Positions 25,269-29,073 of a stretch of DNA of 29,073 nucleotides are shown piece after piece (the stretch's first letter is position 1; each line of letters opens with the position of its first letter). This stretch comes from a virus. Taxonomy: Duplodnaviria > Caudoviricetes. Made by a program: the position numbers and the translations under genes. The notes beneath the pieces were generated by a model that was given only the letters and a program-made list of their open reading frames with translations, had not been told where the DNA came from and ran no database searches. The stretch spans positions 1-29,073 of IMG/VR virus record IMGVR_UViG_3300033067_001019; one strand, written 5' to 3'.

Positions 25269-25813
25269 TGCGCAAGCTCCCTTGGCGTCAGACACTCGAC
25301 GCCCGGAACACGCAATATCGCGGACCAAAGTTCGATAGGTGACGTGATTCTGTTCGGTAGTTTCGCCCCGCCAGTGCGGAGCAATCGGACGGCGACGGTG
25401 ACGCAGTTGTCTGCGGGCGTCAGCCCGCCAGTCATCCACCGAACAATAGTTGAAAGAACGCCCCTGATTGACCTGGGTTTGTAATGTGGCTGGTCAATGC
25501 GCATGGGGCGATCGAGTGGGACGACCAGCGCGACAGACACGCCGCTCGCTGGCCTGTATTCCGTTGATGGAAAGAAGCGGTCACCAATGACCATCGGGCT
25601 CAGGACGTAAAGCCCGTCACCGATGGCGACGTGTGAGAACGGCGACCCGGTGAGCCCACGGACAAGCCGGGGTATCGCCCGGTTGAACCGCTCGCGCGGC
25701 AGGGTGGCCCAAAGCCACAGAAGCCGACCGATGCTGCATGGCCTCACCTTGTGACGGCGAGAGAAATACAGAATCGCGAAAGCGGGGTCGCTGACATCTT
25801 CCTTGTTTTCCAT
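25250..25813 (-). CDS. Permuted papain-like (YiiX/YebB-type NlpC/P60) enzyme
   Basis: His before Cys: LTGSPFSHVAI ... DNCVTVAVRLL ... ITSPIEL. Confidence 0.6.
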   Translation of the reverse strand: MENKEDVSDPAFAILYFSRRHKVRPCSIGRLLWLWATLPRERFNRAIPRLVRGLTGSPFSHVAIGDGLYVLSPMVIGDRFFPSTEYRPASGVSVALVVPLDRPMRIDQPHYKPRSIRGVLSTIVRWMTGGLTPADNCVTVAVRLLRTGGAKLPNRITSPIELWSAILRVPGVECLTPRELAQWIFES

Positions 25814-25854
25814 CTTCGATCACCACCAATCGCGGAACAAGTGCGAATCAAATA

Positions 25855-28347
25855 TCAGTTGAAGAAGTACGGCGAGTCCATCACCTTGCGGATGTCGAAG
25901 TTGCCCCGAGCGGGTGGGTCTGGGAAGTGCATCGCGGGGCACGTCCGGCTGAACTGCTCATGGAAGATTGCCAACTGGTCGGGCGAGTGGAGTTTGACGA
26001 ACTGGTCCCGCGTGTGATGGTCCAGCGCGTCGGCGTCGGCAAGGTGGGTGCCGTAGTTGTCGTGCACGGGCACCATGTCGATGTCGTCTTGGCGGCACGC
26101 GTGCGCCGTCATGAACATTGCCGTCTGGTCGAGCGAGTGGATGAAGTTGGGGGCTGCAGCACCCGCCTGCTTCTTGACCCGAAGCGGCGAGTCCTTCGAT
26201 ATCTGGATCACGCTGATCTGCTGCAGGACGGTAGTAACCGTGCCGATGGCGTGGTTGCGGTATCGCTGGATCACCGGGAGCCCGAGCGGGCTGACGAACT
26301 GGAAAGCCTTGCCGTCGGCACAGAACAGGCGAGCACACACCTGCAGCCATGCCATGATCCGGGTCGCGCCGGGGCAGACTGATCCGATCGCCTGTGGAAT
26401 GACAGTCTCGAGAAACTTCACCGCGTCAGTGAGTTGCTGCCCGAAGAACCCTCGCTCGCGGAGCATGGCGTACATCTGCTCGTTGCGGCCCCAGCCGGTG
26501 ACGCCGTAGAACGTCGTCATGGTGTTTGGCTTGCACAGGTCGCGGTCGATGTGCTGGATGACCAGCTTGGCGGCGGGATGCCCTTCCCGCATGGCGCGTG
26601 CGGCGATGGCGTAGGCCCGGCTTGCCACTTCGCCGTAGATGTCGGCTGGCTGCTCGGACCACACCAGATTCGCGGCGACTGCACCCTCCTCGTCGCGACC
26701 AAGGGCGGCATAGTGCTGGAGCGCGTTGCAGGTGCCGTCGGCTTGGCGAATCAACTTGGCCGCGTTGGCCTTGTCGATGTAGGCGAAGCACGCTGCCAAG
26801 AACTGCCATGGCTTCTTGGCCTGCCGCCAGAACTCCGACTTCATCGGGTGCTCGGCGCTGCGCACGATCTCGGACTCGTGCTCGTCGGCCCATCGCTCGC
26901 GGTCTGCGAATGAGGACTTGTCGACGCCGAACATATTGGCCGCGTGGATCTTGAGCCAGTACATGCCCCGCTTGCCGGGGTACTTCTCGCGGGCGAGTTG
27001 GAGCAAGCCGCGGCACAGGTCGGGCCCCTCGAAGTTGAGAGCCTGCGGGATCGAGTAGGCCCGTCCCCGGAAGTCGAGCGTCTTGGGGAAGTACATCGCC
27101 TCGCGGTGCTTGAACTCCTCGGCGACCGACATCCGCTGCAGGAACTCAACCCGGTCGGCCTTCCGCTGCAGCGATCGCTTGTACGCGTCGATCGCGTCGG
27201 CACGCCACTTGGATCGGGCGTCGGGGTCAACGTCCTTCCACCGCTCGCCGCGCGGGCGGTCGGGCGCGAACCCGTCGGGCTTGGGCACGGGCGGGATTGC
27301 GTGCTGCGACGGGATGCCAGCGAATCCACCCTTGGCCTTCCACGTCTCCCGAACCACGTCGAGCACGCTCGCGTTGATTGACAGGCCCGTCGCACTGAGC
27401 GATGTCAGGTGCGAGTAAACGGTGTCGAGGTCGCACTGCCCCATCGCCTCCTTCTGCTCGATTGTCGGCTTGATGATGAACGGCGTGCGGATCTCGACAT
27501 AGCCGCCCTCGGCGTCGCGGGACCACGGATACGGCGGAACAACCATCGGGAGGTACTTGGGGCGCAGAAGCTCGCGGGTCGCATGGCCGCGCTCGATGAG
27601 CGTCTTGGCCTCGCGCGACAGGAAGATGGTGCCTTGCTGCCGCTTGCCACGTCGCACGAGCTTGTGCTCGAACGCGGGTACGAACTCCTGGTCGTGGTTC
27701 GCCAGCGTCGCCGCCGAGAGGATGTGCGTCAGGATGCGGGCGCCAAGGTGGATCGTCGCGGATCGCCCGTCGATCGGATCGTCAAGGTGCTTGCGGGCCC
27801 ACCAGTTGACGCGGCCGGCGTCGATCTTGCGGAGCCTGTGCGTGAGCACGTCCAACTGCGACACGACGAACACCTTTCCGGTTTTCTGCGACGTGTACTC
27901 GGTCTTGGTGGCGCGGAGAAGTCGGGCGTTAGCCTCGGCGATCCACGATTTGCCGAGCGAGTGCGATATCTTCTGGATGGTGACGCCCGACGTTACAAGC
28001 ATGAGCGTCGACATGATTTCGTGCAGCGAAAGGACTGCTCCGGTCTCGGCGTCGAGCTCTCGCATGAGCGGCCCCCAGATCGTGATGCCGACCTCGGGCT
28101 CGCCGACGTTGAACTTGCGTTGGTCCTCTTGGATGCCCGCAACAAGCCGATCGGTCCAGTGAAGCACAAGCCGCTCGGCGGGCTTGAGGCGAGAGCCTTC
28201 GCCGCGATCGACTGCCTGCTTGGCGAGCCTGCGGTATCGCTCGATGCCCTCGGTGACTGCGCGGCGCTCAAGGTCGATCTCGTCTTGCAGAATCGAGCCT
28301 TCGAGCAATGGTGCTGTCGTCCGCGTCCGTGCGGGTGCTGATTTCAT
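25855..28347 (-). CDS. Single-subunit DNA-directed RNA polymerase (T3/T7/mitochondrial family)
   Basis: DFRGRAY; motif A DGTCNALQHY; motif B RDLCKPNTMTTFYG; PNFIHSLD; motif C VHDNY; C-terminus SPYFFN. Confidence 0.98.
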   Translation of the reverse strand: MKSAPARTRTTAPLLEGSILQDEIDLERRAVTEGIERYRRLAKQAVDRGEGSRLKPAERLVLHWTDRLVAGIQEDQRKFNVGEPEVGITIWGPLMRELDAETGAVLSLHEIMSTLMLVTSGVTIQKISHSLGKSWIAEANARLLRATKTEYTSQKTGKVFVVSQLDVLTHRLRKIDAGRVNWWARKHLDDPIDGRSATIHLGARILTHILSAATLANHDQEFVPAFEHKLVRRGKRQQGTIFLSREAKTLIERGHATRELLRPKYLPMVVPPYPWSRDAEGGYVEIRTPFIIKPTIEQKEAMGQCDLDTVYSHLTSLSATGLSINASVLDVVRETWKAKGGFAGIPSQHAIPPVPKPDGFAPDRPRGERWKDVDPDARSKWRADAIDAYKRSLQRKADRVEFLQRMSVAEEFKHREAMYFPKTLDFRGRAYSIPQALNFEGPDLCRGLLQLAREKYPGKRGMYWLKIHAANMFGVDKSSFADRERWADEHESEIVRSAEHPMKSEFWRQAKKPWQFLAACFAYIDKANAAKLIRQADGTCNALQHYAALGRDEEGAVAANLVWSEQPADIYGEVASRAYAIAARAMREGHPAAKLVIQHIDRDLCKPNTMTTFYGVTGWGRNEQMYAMLRERGFFGQQLTDAVKFLETVIPQAIGSVCPGATRIMAWLQVCARLFCADGKAFQFVSPLGLPVIQRYRNHAIGTVTTVLQQISVIQISKDSPLRVKKQAGAAAPNFIHSLDQTAMFMTAHACRQDDIDMVPVHDNYGTHLADADALDHHTRDQFVKLHSPDQLAIFHEQFSRTCPAMHFPDPPARGNFDIRKVMDSPYFFN

Positions 28348-28670
28348 CCCTTCGCTCCGGGAAGTGTGGTGGCAACATATGACGACAGTTCCATTGCAAA
28401 ACCTTGGAGAATCGGTCGCAGTTCGTGGTCGCTCGGAGTTGCCATGTCGAGAATGAGTCGATCTGACATCGCGCGACGGGCAGCCACCACCCTCCCCAGC
28501 ATCATCGCTGCGGCGAAGGCTTCGGTGTACGTGTTGTCGTCATCATCGACAAAGATGTACTCCTGATATCGAGGCGGATCGCCGTCGATGTCTCGTTCAA
28601 ATCGTGGCACCAACCCCGGCACGGCGGCGTTGATTCGGGCGGCGAGTTCGCAGAGTTCGCGGGGGGTCAT
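28344..28670 (-). CDS. Hypothetical protein
   Basis: Start ATG 28670 (AAAGGA RBS); ATGA-coupled on both sides. Confidence 0.65.
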   Translation of the reverse strand: MTPRELCELAARINAAVPGLVPRFERDIDGDPPRYQEYIFVDDDDNTYTEAFAAAMMLGRVVAARRAMSDRLILDMATPSDHELRPILQGFAMELSSYVATTLPGAKG

Positions 28671-28990
28671 GGGAGTCCTTTCACATACAGGGTTGCATCC
28701 GCGACTTCCTTCCAGTGACGGCGGCGGCCACCGCAATCGGTGTGATGCCGATACACGTCGTCCAAAACTTTCAAGTGCCGCTGTGCCTCTTCGAGTTCCG
28801 CACGGAGGCGGGTGAGTTCCACCCTGTCCCCATCAATGAACTTGTACAGCATGTTGATGGTTTCCGCCTGCAAGTTGCTCCTGCGAAGCAACTCCCACGC
28901 ATCAGCGTTTGCCTCTCGGTACTTGACCCAATCACCATCTTGGTCAATAACGGCGTTGCCGCTGCCTGATTCGATGCGATAGCGGTCCAT
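28667..28990 (-). CDS. Hypothetical phage protein with coiled coil
   Basis: Start ATG 28990 (AAGGAGG RBS); DGDWVKYREA motif common in small phage proteins. Confidence 0.7.
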   Translation of the reverse strand: MDRYRIESGSGNAVIDQDGDWVKYREANADAWELLRRSNLQAETINMLYKFIDGDRVELTRLRAELEEAQRHLKVLDDVYRHHTDCGGRRRHWKEVADATLYVKGLP

Positions 28991-29073
28991 CACTTCCCCT
29001 CCTTCCACGCCCGGTATGCCGCGATGACGGCTTCGGATTCGCTGGGGTATCGCTTCGTCACCTCGAACCTGTT
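28990..29073 (-). CDS. C-terminal fragment of upstream hypothetical gene
   Basis: Open frame ...NRFEVTKRYPSESEAVIAAYRAWKEGK* ending in a TGATG overlap. Confidence 0.5.
   Translation of the reverse strand, partial: NRFEVTKRYPSESEAVIAAYRAWKEGK

Larger units (their letters stand above)
1..29073 (-). mobile_element. Temperate T7-like podophage / prophage (partial)
   Basis: T7-like virion and packaging module, phage RNAP and integrase, all co-oriented. Confidence 0.92.

Noticed and set aside
21547-25854. Phage-RNAP consensus promoters
   Set aside because: I could not find a repeated ~20-bp motif across intergenic regions by eye; it needs a motif search on the full genome.

Overview
GC-rich temperate T7-like (Autographiviridae-type) podophage or prophage, with every credible gene on the minus strand. 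In transcription order (right to left): small hypothetical genes; a single-subunit RNA polymerase placed just before the virion genes (phiKMV-like position); a permuted papain-fold protein; portal, scaffold and major capsid; a membrane/secreted block (holin-like, spanin-like pair, two signal-peptide proteins including an SGNH esterase); tail tubular A; a tail tubular B split into two genes; three internal virion proteins; and small and large terminase. A ~1 kb palindrome-rich non-coding junction follows, then a sigma70 promoter driving small early genes, an RHH/AT-hook regulator and a tyrosine integrase that runs off the left edge and is missing from the ORF track. Most notable: (1) the RNA polymerase motifs resemble eukaryotic mitochondrial RpoT/Rpo41 more than T7; (2) no gp17-type tail fibre or endolysin is recognisable, while exported proteins sit inside the structural operon; (3) the nozzle gene is split and both tail tubular proteins share an inserted domain; (4) the capsid gene has a highly structured leader with a duplicated motif. 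All assignments come from motif recognition and synteny; no searches were run.
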